Positions 15,266 through 23,542 of a stretch of 31,469 bases of DNA are shown here, in pieces (position 1 is the first letter of the stretch; each line of letters starts with the position of its first letter). A model generated the notes under the pieces. It saw only the letters and a list, made by a program, of their open reading frames with translations, had not been told where the DNA came from and made no database searches. This DNA comes from an uncultured Candidatus Bathyarchaeia archaeon. GTDB lineage: Archaea > Thermoproteota > Bathyarchaeia > 40CM-2-53-6. The position numbers and the translations under genes are program-made. Location: assembly GCA_964428235.1 (NCBI GenBank), contig CAYRXJ010000001.1, forward strand, positions 5,077-36,545, given 5' to 3'.

Positions 15266-15550
15266 CTAGATGGCGGGTTGCGTCGCTGGTGTTTCGAGCG
15301 GTATCGCGAGCTTTTGGTCGAGAGATTTCTTGAGATCATCGACTGTAGGGAAACGGCCCTGTTGGTGCTTCGAGAAGATCAGCTGGCCGTCAAGGACTAC
15401 ATCGAAGACTCCCTTGTCCGCCGGTTTTAGTGCAATTGTCAGCTTCCGGTTTAGTGGCATTCCATAAGTCGCTAACAACTGGTTTACCATGTCGACTGCT
15501 TTTGGCTGGTGACCACAGGGCTGGCAGTATGTTATTTCCAAATGAACCAT
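15266..15550 (-). CDS. Rdx (SelT/SelW/SelH) family thioredoxin-like protein, CxxC form
   Basis: LEITYCQPCGH, GVFDVVLDGQLIFSK....RFP. Confidence 0.85.
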   Translation of the reverse strand: MVHLEITYCQPCGHQPKAVDMVNQLLATYGMPLNRKLTIALKPADKGVFDVVLDGQLIFSKHQQGRFPTVDDLKKSLDQKLAIPLETPATQPAI

Positions 15551-15583
15551 TTTCTTGTCAGAGCCGAGGAATGCCTTGAGAGA

Positions 15584-15630
15584 TTTAAACCGTTTTCGGA
15601 CCAGCTACGGGATTCGGCGACTTATTATAA
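15584..15630. promoter_or_regulatory. Divergent promoter region for Rdx (TTTAAA 15584-89) and argF (TTATTATAA 15622-30)
   Basis: Two AT-rich TATA-like boxes at plausible distances from the divergent starts. Confidence 0.5.
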
Positions 15631-15682
15631 CGGGAGAGATTTCGAGGCTCGAAACCATATTCAGGGAGAGTAGCTAGAACAA

Positions 15683-16606
15683 TTGCTTGGACTGAAAGGA
15701 CGAGACATTCTCTCTCTAGTGGAACTCTCTCCCAAAGAGATTGACCTGATCCTCAAGCGTGCGGCCCTATTCGCTCGCCAGAAGAGAACCCCTCAACAGC
15801 TCAAGGGAAAAACCGTGGCCCTGATCTTCCAGAAATCTTCGACAAGAACCCGGGTCTCGTTCGAGACAGCTGTCGCTCAGCTAGGTGGGCACCCGATGTA
15901 TATGAGCTGGAACGAGATGCAGCTTGGAAGAGGCGAGACAGTGTCCGACACAGCGAAAGTCTTAGATCGCTACGTCGACGGCATAATGGCCCGAGTCTAT
16001 TCCCATGAGGATCTAATCACTCTAGCAGAAAACGCGGATGCTCCGGTGATCAATGGTCTATCAGACAAAGCACATCCGTGCCAGATTCTTGCAGACCTTC
16101 TCACCCTCATTCAATACAAGAAACGCCTGAAAGGTCTCAAGGTTGCGTACGTGGGCGATGGGAACAACGTGTGCAACAGCCTACTGATAGGCTGCGCCAA
16201 GACTGGAGTCAACATATCGGTCGCGAGGCCCCAAGGTTACGGCCCGGACCCAGAGGCAGTTCAGAACGCGGAGAAAGCAGCCGACACGTCCGGCTCAACT
16301 GTCGAAGTAACAGATGATCCTCAACAAGCGGTAAACGGCGCAGACGCCATCTATACCGACACGTTCGTCTCGATGGGAATGGAAAAGGAAAGAGAGACAC
16401 GTCTCTCGACGTTCATCCCGAAGTACCAGATTACCAAAGCGCTGATGTCACAAGCAAACCCTGGAGCAATATTCCTGCACTGCCTTCCCGCCCATAGAGA
16501 GGACGAAGTGACCGAGGAAGTTATTGATGGCCCGCAGTCAGCGGTTTGGGACCAAGCCGAAAACAGGCTCCACACATCAAAAGCCATCCTATCGCTAATC
16601 CTCTAG
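15683..16606 (+). CDS. argF: Ornithine carbamoyltransferase
   Basis: SSTRTRVSFE, HPCQILAD, GDGNNV, FVSMG, FLHCLPAHR, QAENRLH. Confidence 0.97.
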   Translation: MLGLKGRDILSLVELSPKEIDLILKRAALFARQKRTPQQLKGKTVALIFQKSSTRTRVSFETAVAQLGGHPMYMSWNEMQLGRGETVSDTAKVLDRYVDGIMARVYSHEDLITLAENADAPVINGLSDKAHPCQILADLLTLIQYKKRLKGLKVAYVGDGNNVCNSLLIGCAKTGVNISVARPQGYGPDPEAVQNAEKAADTSGSTVEVTDDPQQAVNGADAIYTDTFVSMGMEKERETRLSTFIPKYQITKALMSQANPGAIFLHCLPAHREDEVTEEVIDGPQSAVWDQAENRLHTSKAILSLIL

Positions 16607-16618
16607 ACAATCAAAAGA

Positions 16619-17449
16619 ATGGAATCCAGTTCCTCGCGCCACGTAATAGTTGCATCTCGTGCAGACCCCGCGTCGGTCAATATTGCCGCGAACCTGAAAG
16701 AACTGTTTCACTTCTCGGAGCCAAAGCAGACTGGTTTAGCTGGGGTCTACGCTAACGATAGTGTTTCACCCGTTGAAATCGAGGAGCCAGGCATATTCGT
16801 GAGACCAAACGGTGTTTCTCTTTCTGCGAGTCAGCTCATATTCGCATCGAACCACGTAAGCTCCTCAGGAACACCCGCTCGAACGGTACACGCCACAGGC
16901 AATCCTACTCGGGAGGCACTCTACGGGGGAAGTCCAGAACAACTCTCACAAGTTGACCCTCGCGCAATCAAGGAAGCTCTTCGTTCTTTGAAAAATGAAG
17001 CGCTGAAGCGTGGATTAGAGATCGAGATTACAATGGAAGCAACTCATCACGGCCCGACCGGCTTCGATATTCCTGTGATGTTCGTCGAGATTGGGAGCGG
17101 CCCGGCCCAGTGGCGCGATCCCCTCCTTGGACAAGTAGCCGCGAACGCAATCAGGGCGAGCATCAACAAACCCGCTAGAGCAGGTACAAACCGTATAGGA
17201 TTCGGTGGAACTCATTACCCCGCCAAGTTCACCTTTGCAAATTTCGAAAGTGACGATGCAGTTGGTCACGTCCTCTCAAGGCGTGCTTTCGATGCGGGAA
17301 TCTCCGAATCTACGTTAAGACAGGCTATTGACAAGACCCTCGGAGGCACCCCTTCCGCCCTCATTGACTGGAAGGGTCTGAACGGAAAACAACGACAAGA
17401 TCTGCTCTTGGTGCTTGAGAAATGGAATATCCCGGTGGAAAGATGCTAG
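16619..17449 (+). CDS. dtdA: D-aminoacyl-tRNA deacylase, archaeal/plant type (DTD2/GEK1)
   Basis: ASNHVS, TVHATGN, MEATHHGPT, FVEIGSG, IGFGGTHY, IDWKGL. Confidence 0.92.
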   Translation: MESSSSRHVIVASRADPASVNIAANLKELFHFSEPKQTGLAGVYANDSVSPVEIEEPGIFVRPNGVSLSASQLIFASNHVSSSGTPARTVHATGNPTREALYGGSPEQLSQVDPRAIKEALRSLKNEALKRGLEIEITMEATHHGPTGFDIPVMFVEIGSGPAQWRDPLLGQVAANAIRASINKPARAGTNRIGFGGTHYPAKFTFANFESDDAVGHVLSRRAFDAGISESTLRQAIDKTLGGTPSALIDWKGLNGKQRQDLLLVLEKWNIPVERC

Positions 17450-17475
17450 GGAATTTCCCATCCTATCTAGGATGG

Positions 17476-17483
17476 TTAAAATA
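17476..17483 (+). promoter_or_regulatory. TATA box upstream of secE-spt5-rpl11 operon
   Basis: TTAAAATA 46 nt before ATG 17529, in the dtdA-secE spacer. Confidence 0.5.
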
Positions 17484-17528
17484 GGAACTATCGGGTTCAA
17501 TCGCCTCTCAAACCGCGGAGTGTCAGCG

Positions 17529-17744
17529 ATGGGCCTCGGAAATTTCCTTCAATCGGCGAGACGCCTATTCCATGTAGCTCAGAAACCGGACTGGCAAGAA
17601 ACTAAGCTCAACATCAAGATCATCCTGTTAGGAGTCGCAATAGTAGGTGGCATCGGATTCGTTCTCCGGGTCCTCTTCTGGGTCGTCGGGCTGTATCAGC
17701 TTCCCGCGAGCCAGGCGGCCTCTGGTAGCACAACAGGTCCCTAG
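17529..17744 (+). CDS. secE: Protein translocase SecE/Sec61-gamma subunit
   Basis: RRLFHVAQKPDWQE....KI..LG..IVG.IGF plus a single TM helix; upstream of spt5. ATG 17529 chosen over the ORF-track start. Confidence 0.92.
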   Translation: MGLGNFLQSARRLFHVAQKPDWQETKLNIKIILLGVAIVGGIGFVLRVLFWVVGLYQLPASQAASGSTTGP

Positions 17745-17758
17745 GGGCATAACAACAA

Positions 17759-18256
17759 ATGGCGACCCAAACTCAGAAGACATCGATTTATGCAGTTCGT
17801 ACGACAAGCGGGCAAGAACGAACTGTAGTTGACATGATGGCTAGCCGTGTACAGCCCAAGAAATTGCCCATAGTGGCGATACTCGCACCGGAAGTCATCA
17901 AGGGCTACATCTTTGTCGAAGCATCAGGACCTCACTTTGTCGACGAGGCCATAGCCGGGACAAGACATGCACGCACAAGAACCAAGGGCGTCGTCTCTCT
18001 AGCAGCCATCGAACGATTCATTGTAACAAAACCGGTCATCGAAGAATTGAGCGTCGGTAACCTTGTCGAGGTTGTCGGCGGACCGTTCAGGGGTCTGAAG
18101 GCGAAGATCACTCACGTGGACAAGGTCAAACAAGAAGTCGTAATCGAGCTCCTGGAAGAAGGATTCGCCACGCTGCCGATCACTGTACACGCGGACTATG
18201 TCAAGCTCGTAAGCAGAGGAGAAGTGGAGGAAACTGGCGGACAAGAAAACAGTTGA
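17759..18256 (+). CDS. spt5: Transcription elongation factor Spt5 (NusG)
   Basis: YAVRTTSGQE, KGYIFVEA; KOW motif VEVVGGPFRGLKAKI; PITVHADYV. Confidence 0.97.
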   Translation: MATQTQKTSIYAVRTTSGQERTVVDMMASRVQPKKLPIVAILAPEVIKGYIFVEASGPHFVDEAIAGTRHARTRTKGVVSLAAIERFIVTKPVIEELSVGNLVEVVGGPFRGLKAKITHVDKVKQEVVIELLEEGFATLPITVHADYVKLVSRGEVEETGGQENS

Positions 18257-18725
18257 TGCAATAATCGACGGCGGCAAAGCAACGGCCGGCGTGCCGCTAG
18301 GGCCACAACTCGGCCCACTAGGCGTCAACATCCTTCAGATAGTCAACAAGATCAACGAACTGACGAAGGCCTATGCGGGAATGAAAGTTCCCGTCAAGAT
18401 TCTAGTCAACGTTGAAGACAAGAGCTTCGAGGTCGAGATCGGCACACCAACAACTTCCGCGCTGATCGTAAAAGAGCTTGGAGTGGAGAAGGGGTCTGCT
18501 ACTCCCAAAGCGACAAAGGTCGGGAACCTATCACCCGAACAGATTGTAAAGATCGCCCAGATGAAACGGACCGACAGCTACGCGAAGACCTTGCGGTCAG
18601 CAGTCGCCGAGGTCGCTGGAGCATGCGTGAGCATGGGCGTAACGGTCGATGCTAAGGAGCCGAAAGAATTCCTCAAGAACCTCTCCGAAGGCCAGTACGA
18701 CTCTGCGCTAAAGGAGCTACAATAG
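18234..18725 (+). CDS. rpl11: 50S ribosomal protein L11; apparent CTG start
   Basis: In-frame upstream extension of the ORF-track call gives (M)ADKKTVDAIIDGGKATAGVPLGPQLGPLG, 163 aa; GTGGAGG SD at 18224-30. Confidence 0.96.
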   Translation: MADKKTVDAIIDGGKATAGVPLGPQLGPLGVNILQIVNKINELTKAYAGMKVPVKILVNVEDKSFEVEIGTPTTSALIVKELGVEKGSATPKATKVGNLSPEQIVKIAQMKRTDSYAKTLRSAVAEVAGACVSMGVTVDAKEPKEFLKNLSEGQYDSALKELQ

Positions 18726-18737
18726 GCGACCATTAAC

Positions 18738-19403
18738 ATGCCACTCTCCAAGGAGGCGATAACAAAGGCTCTAGGCGACGTGAGGAGCAAGACAGAGAAG
18801 AAAAAGTTCACCCAAGCCATAGAACTCTCAGTCAAACTCCGAGAACTAGATCTCAAGAAACCGGAGGCAAGAATCAACGAGAATCTAGAACTGCCAACAG
18901 CAGCTAACAAGGACTCCAAGATCGCGGTCATCGCTGGTGGCGATCTCGCAATAAGAGCCAAGAACGCGGGCGCGGACATTGTTATCGGCCGAGAAGACGT
19001 TGACAAGCTCGGCCGAGACAAGAAGCAAGCCAGGAAGATTGCACAGGGATACGACTTTTTCGTTGCGGAAGCACCACTCATGCCGCAGGTCGGAAAATCT
19101 CTCGGACAAATCCTTGGTCCTAGAGGAAAGATGCCGACTCCAATTCCTCCCACAGCACCGATCGACGACATCATCAAGCGACAGCGGCGCAACGTGCGAT
19201 TGAAAATGAAGGATCAACCAGTAATCCAGTGCAAGGTCGGAACCGAGGACATGACCGACGACGTACTGGTTCAGAATATCCAGACTGTGATCTCGCGGCT
19301 AGAGGCAAAGTTGGAGAAGGGTCCCAAGAACATCAAGGCTATCTCGATCAAAGCCTCGATGGGGCCGCTCGTCAAGATCCCGTTAACAACGGCGGCGTCA
19401 TAG
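18738..19403 (+). CDS. rpl1: 50S ribosomal protein L1
   Basis: KKFTQAIELSV, DFFVAEAPLMP.VG..LG..LGPRGKMP, KASMGP. Confidence 0.98.
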   Translation: MPLSKEAITKALGDVRSKTEKKKFTQAIELSVKLRELDLKKPEARINENLELPTAANKDSKIAVIAGGDLAIRAKNAGADIVIGREDVDKLGRDKKQARKIAQGYDFFVAEAPLMPQVGKSLGQILGPRGKMPTPIPPTAPIDDIIKRQRRNVRLKMKDQPVIQCKVGTEDMTDDVLVQNIQTVISRLEAKLEKGPKNIKAISIKASMGPLVKIPLTTAAS

Positions 19404-19407
19404 AGCA

Positions 19408-20283
19408 ATGTCAACGACACGAAAAGTAGCCGCCTGGAAGAAAGAGGCTATCGCCGAGCTCCAAGAGCTCTTGAAAGAGTACCCGGTTATTGCCGCAGCT
19501 GATCTGACAAAGGTTAGATCCTCTCAGATTCACGAGTTGCGTAAGCGTCTTCGCAATAAAGTCGCTATGGTGGTTGCCAAGAACAATCTCCTGCGAAAAT
19601 CTGTAGAGCTTTCTGAAGACAATCATGGGCGAGTGGGAGAGTTCGTTAAAGACCTCGAGGGCTCAAACATTCTGCTGTTCACCGACGTCAATCCGTACTC
19701 ACTGATTATGCTGCTTGACAAGAGCAAGGTTCGAGTCCCGGCGAAAGGAGGCGATATTGCGACTGGCGAGATCATGATTCCTGCTGGAAACACGGGGATT
19801 CCTCCTGGACCGGTGATTAGCGAGTTTGGAGAGATCAAGGTCCAGACCAGAATCGAAGGAGGAAGCATATGGGTCGCGAAAGACTCAATCGTCGCAGGAA
19901 AAGGCGACCTGATTACTCCAAAGATGGCATCTGTCCTCTCGAAGCTTGGACTGAAACCGATGGAAGCAGGTCTCACACTAGCAACCGCTTACGATAACGG
20001 GACGATTCTCAAGTCAGACGATCTCATCCTCGATGTCGGCTCTTACCGAAACGATGTAGTACGAGCGGTCAGCAACGCATTCAGTCTATCACTAGATGCA
20101 GGATATGCCACACCTGAAAACGCTCCTAGAATTCTTGGAAAAGGAATGAGGGAAGCAATTGCGCTCGCTGTGAGCGGCGGCTTCATGGAGACCGGGACTG
20201 TTGAACCAGTCCTGAGACAAGCTCTGCGCTACGCCAACGCACTAAATGCCAAGATCGTGGCTGCCACACCCGCAAACCCTTAA
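19408..20283 (+). CDS. rpl10: 50S ribosomal protein L10 (P0)
   Basis: IHELRKRLR, VAKNNLL, PAKGGDIA, PAGNTGIPPGP, TRIEGGSI. Confidence 0.97.
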   Translation: MSTTRKVAAWKKEAIAELQELLKEYPVIAAADLTKVRSSQIHELRKRLRNKVAMVVAKNNLLRKSVELSEDNHGRVGEFVKDLEGSNILLFTDVNPYSLIMLLDKSKVRVPAKGGDIATGEIMIPAGNTGIPPGPVISEFGEIKVQTRIEGGSIWVAKDSIVAGKGDLITPKMASVLSKLGLKPMEAGLTLATAYDNGTILKSDDLILDVGSYRNDVVRAVSNAFSLSLDAGYATPENAPRILGKGMREAIALAVSGGFMETGTVEPVLRQALRYANALNAKIVAATPANP

Positions 20284-20339
20284 GTGCAAGATTTGATGCT
20301 CCGCTGAAATCCAATCAAAACTAAGAGAGGAATACTCGA

Positions 20340-20642
20340 ATGAAGTATGTTTACGCTGCACTGCTGTTGCACTCGTCAGCACAGCCTGTTACTGAAGAGA
20401 ACGTCAAGAAAGTTGTTGCTGCCACCGGCAGCCAAGTCGAAGACGCACAAGTCAAAGCGCTAGTAGCGGCATTATCAGAAGTCAACATCGACGAGGCCCT
20501 GAAGTCAGCCAGCGCCATGGCCGCGCCCGTAGCGGCGCCCGCAGCTCCGGCTGAGGCAAAGAAGGACGACAAGAAGCCAGCTGAAGAAGAGAAGAAGAAA
20601 GAAGAGGAAGCCCTAGCAGGACTAGGGGCGCTCTTCGGTTAG
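20340..20642 (+). CDS. rpl12: 50S ribosomal protein L12 (archaeal P1/P2 stalk)
   Basis: MKYVYAALLLH, LVAALSEVNIDEAL, Ala/Pro hinge, EEEALAGLGALFG. Confidence 0.98.
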   Translation: MKYVYAALLLHSSAQPVTEENVKKVVAATGSQVEDAQVKALVAALSEVNIDEALKSASAMAAPVAAPAAPAEAKKDDKKPAEEEKKKEEEALAGLGALFG

Positions 20643-20716
20643 AGGAGGTTCGCGGTTATAGCTCCGCACGATCTTCTCCATCCCAGAACTATCTAGAACA
20701 ACTGTCTCAGCTAAGC

Positions 20717-20726
20717 TTCTATATTT
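20717..20726 (+). promoter_or_regulatory. TATA-like box upstream of alaS
   Basis: TTCTATATTT ending 27 nt before ATG 20753. Confidence 0.45.
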
Positions 20727-20752
20727 CCAGCAAAACCGCGGGAGTACGGTAG

Positions 20753-23542
20753 ATGCCAGAGATTAATCCAGAAGAATTCGCCCTCCAATTCTTCAACGAA
20801 ATCGGATTCACCAGACACAAATGTCCATCATGCGGATCAAACTATTGGGCTATTCCGGAACAATCAACATGTGGTGAGGTGCCTTGTGCGCCATACACCT
20901 TTCTCGGCAATCCTCCGGCTAAACGAAAGTATAGTCTTGCTGAAATGAGGATCCAGTTTCTAGACTATTTCGCCCAGCATGGACATACAAGGATCAAACC
21001 ATACCCGATTGTAGCCCACTGGCGCAACGACGTGTATCTGGTTGGCGCGTCCATCTACGATTTTCAACCATACGTGACGGAGGGAAGCATGCCGCCGCCG
21101 GCCAATCCCCTGGTGATCAGCCAGCCCTGCATCCGCTTTACAGACATCGAAGCTGTTGGCGCCGCTGGTCGTCACATGTCAATTTTCGAGATGGGTGGAG
21201 CACATGCGTTCAACTATCCCGACAAAGAAATCTATTGGAAAGAAGACACAGTCAGATATCACCACGATCTCTTGTCAAACGTTCTCGGCGTCCCGTCCAG
21301 CTCGATCACTTACAAAGAGCACTTCTGGTCTGGAGGAGGAAACGCTGGCCCAGACCTCGAGGGAATTGTTGCCGGACTCGAAATATCGACACTAGTCTTC
21401 ATGCAATATAGGGTCCAAGGAGAACAGCTGATCGGACTACCAATTCGGACTGTAGACACCGGGTATGGAATGGAGAGATGGGCCTGGCTGTCCCAGGGGG
21501 CGCCCAGCGGTTTCCACGCCGTCTACGGGGATCTACTATCGCAGGTTACAGGACTTGCAAAGGTCGATCTTGACGAGAACACTCTGTCCGCCCTGACGAG
21601 AAATGCCGGGGTATATGGCGCGGCGACTAGGGGTGCGAGGAACTCATACATTGATGCGACAGCACAAGAACTAGGACGAGACAAGGATGAGTTCCGATCG
21701 ATAGTTCAAACCCTCGAAGCGGCTTACGCAATTACTGATCACACAAAGTCAATCACGTTCCTCCTCGCCGAGGGCGTTGTCCCTTCAAACGTTGGAGAAG
21801 GCTATCTCACACGTCTGATCATTCGACGTGCGGCACGGCTTGCTCGCCAGATGGGAATCTTGGGAGAATTGCCAGGAATTATCGAGAGCCAGATCAAACT
21901 TTGGGGAGGAGACTTCCATCTTCTCCGAGAGATGAAACGCGAAATACTAGACGGTCTGCAGATCGAGATAGGGAAATACGAGGAGACAATCGGCAAAGGA
22001 TCCGAGGCAGTCCTCAGACTGTCCAAGGATCTAGCGAGCCAAGGAATCCGGAAAATCCCGACCGACCAACTTGTCCTGCTGTACGACTCGCAAGGGCTCG
22101 CGCCCGAGATCGTCAAGGAGAGCGCGGAAAAAGTCGGAGTCGAAGTCGATGTCCCCGACAACTTTCTAACACTGGTTGCTGAACGCCATTCGAAACCCAC
22201 TAGCACACTTGACTCGTCGCCAGACAACGAGTGGGCCGAGAAGGTGAAGGACCTCCCAGCCACTAGGACACTGTACTACGATGACGCGTACAAGACTAGT
22301 TTCAAAGCGAAAGTTGTGGCAAACTTTCCCGACGGTGTTGTTGTCCTGGATCAGACCTGTTTCTATCCCGAGGGAGGAGGCCAGCCAGGCGATCATGGCG
22401 AGCTGAGGACCGGAGATAAGAAAGCCAGAGTCACGAACGTCCAAAAGATCGGAAACACTATCGTTCATTTTCTGGACCAGCCTCTCGACGAAGGGGCGGA
22501 CTTAGTCGAGGGAGAGATTGACTGGCAGCGCCGCCAGAACCTGATGCGTCATCACACAGGTACACACGTCCTCATCGGATCAGCACGCAGGGTCCTCGGC
22601 GAGCACGTATGGCAGGCAGGAGCCGCAAAAGAAGTTGAGAACAGCAGGCTGGACATTACTCACTATCGCGAGATCACTGCGAAAGAGAGAGAAAAAATCG
22701 AACGGCTCGCGAACCAGATAATCCTCCGAGACCTGCCCGTCCAGATAGCCTGGATGGCCCGCGAAAAGGCCGAAGCGAAATACGGCTACCGGCTATACCA
22801 AGGAGGAGCAGTCCCTGGCTCGAAGATCAGAGTAGTCCGGATCCAGGGATGGGATGCCGAGGCCTGCGGGGGAACACACTGCAAGAGAACAGGCGAACTG
22901 GGAGTCTTCAAGATCGAAAAGGCCAGCAAGCTCCAAGATGGAGTGGAAAGAATCATCTTTCAAGCAGGCGAGCCCGCGCTCAAACGAATCAACCAACAAG
23001 GCGATACTCTCGCCAAAGCAAGCGAACTCCTGAAGACAACTCCTGACAAGCTTCCCGAATCAATCAAGACGCTGGTCGCCGAGAACGACTCTCTCGCAAG
23101 AGAGGTCGAAAAAGTCCATGCGAAGTCTCTCGAAACCCATGTTCACCAGCTTGCCAAGAAGGCGTCCGTTCTCGGTCCCATTCGGCTTGTGATCTCCAAG
23201 AGTTCGAAAAAGCGAGGCATCGACCCACAGGCAGTAGCAAATCGACTGAAAGAATCCGATCCAAACATGCTCGCGATAATCTTCGAAGTCTCAGAACGCG
23301 TCCAGATCGTCGCGGCAGCAGGCGAAGCAGCTGTCAAGGCAGGCGTGAATGCAGGCCAAATAGTATCGGACGCAGCAAAAGTCCTTGGCGGCGGTGGAGG
23401 CGGCAGACCATTCTTTGCGACTGGTGGAGGCTCGTCCAAAGATCGAATCGACGAGGCGTTGAAAGTTGCTGAAGAGAGGATAACTGCACAGCTGAACCTG
23501 AGTAGGCCGGAGGAGGAGGTCGCTGACGCCAGCCAAGTTTGA
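20753..23542 (+). CDS. alaS: Alanine--tRNA ligase (archaeal type)
   Basis: N-terminal CPSC..CGEVPC, SQPCIRF, FEMGGAHAFN, VDTGYGMER, DHTKS; editing-domain HTGTH and CGGTHC; C-terminal GGGGGGRP. Confidence 0.98.
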   Translation: MPEINPEEFALQFFNEIGFTRHKCPSCGSNYWAIPEQSTCGEVPCAPYTFLGNPPAKRKYSLAEMRIQFLDYFAQHGHTRIKPYPIVAHWRNDVYLVGASIYDFQPYVTEGSMPPPANPLVISQPCIRFTDIEAVGAAGRHMSIFEMGGAHAFNYPDKEIYWKEDTVRYHHDLLSNVLGVPSSSITYKEHFWSGGGNAGPDLEGIVAGLEISTLVFMQYRVQGEQLIGLPIRTVDTGYGMERWAWLSQGAPSGFHAVYGDLLSQVTGLAKVDLDENTLSALTRNAGVYGAATRGARNSYIDATAQELGRDKDEFRSIVQTLEAAYAITDHTKSITFLLAEGVVPSNVGEGYLTRLIIRRAARLARQMGILGELPGIIESQIKLWGGDFHLLREMKREILDGLQIEIGKYEETIGKGSEAVLRLSKDLASQGIRKIPTDQLVLLYDSQGLAPEIVKESAEKVGVEVDVPDNFLTLVAERHSKPTSTLDSSPDNEWAEKVKDLPATRTLYYDDAYKTSFKAKVVANFPDGVVVLDQTCFYPEGGGQPGDHGELRTGDKKARVTNVQKIGNTIVHFLDQPLDEGADLVEGEIDWQRRQNLMRHHTGTHVLIGSARRVLGEHVWQAGAAKEVENSRLDITHYREITAKEREKIERLANQIILRDLPVQIAWMAREKAEAKYGYRLYQGGAVPGSKIRVVRIQGWDAEACGGTHCKRTGELGVFKIEKASKLQDGVERIIFQAGEPALKRINQQGDTLAKASELLKTTPDKLPESIKTLVAENDSLAREVEKVHAKSLETHVHQLAKKASVLGPIRLVISKSSKKRGIDPQAVANRLKESDPNMLAIIFEVSERVQIVAAAGEAAVKAGVNAGQIVSDAAKVLGGGGGGRPFFATGGGSSKDRIDEALKVAEERITAQLNLSRPEEEVADASQV

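Noticed and set aside
15266-15550. Possible selenoprotein (SelW-like)
   Set aside because: The motif is CQPC with Cys codons, there is no in-frame TGA, and no SECIS was recognised.
18578-19192. 204-aa antisense ORF and the many other 60-160 aa shadow ORFs over core genes
   Set aside because: They overlap well-supported genes on the opposite strand or in another frame, carry no recognisable motifs, and show the Ser/Arg-rich composition typical of shadow frames.
20288-20312. GATT-T-GATG-ctccg-CTGA-AATC K-turn/C-D-like motif between rpl10 and rpl12
   Set aside because: Only a 1-nt bulge instead of the 3-nt kink, a degenerate box C, and too short for a guide RNA.
23388-23405. GGC/GGT/GGA triplet run in alaS, and GAA/GAG runs in rpl31e and rpl12
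   Set aside because: These are coding low-complexity segments (the AlaRS GGGGGG motif and acidic tails), not DNA repeats, and there is no CRISPR-like periodicity.
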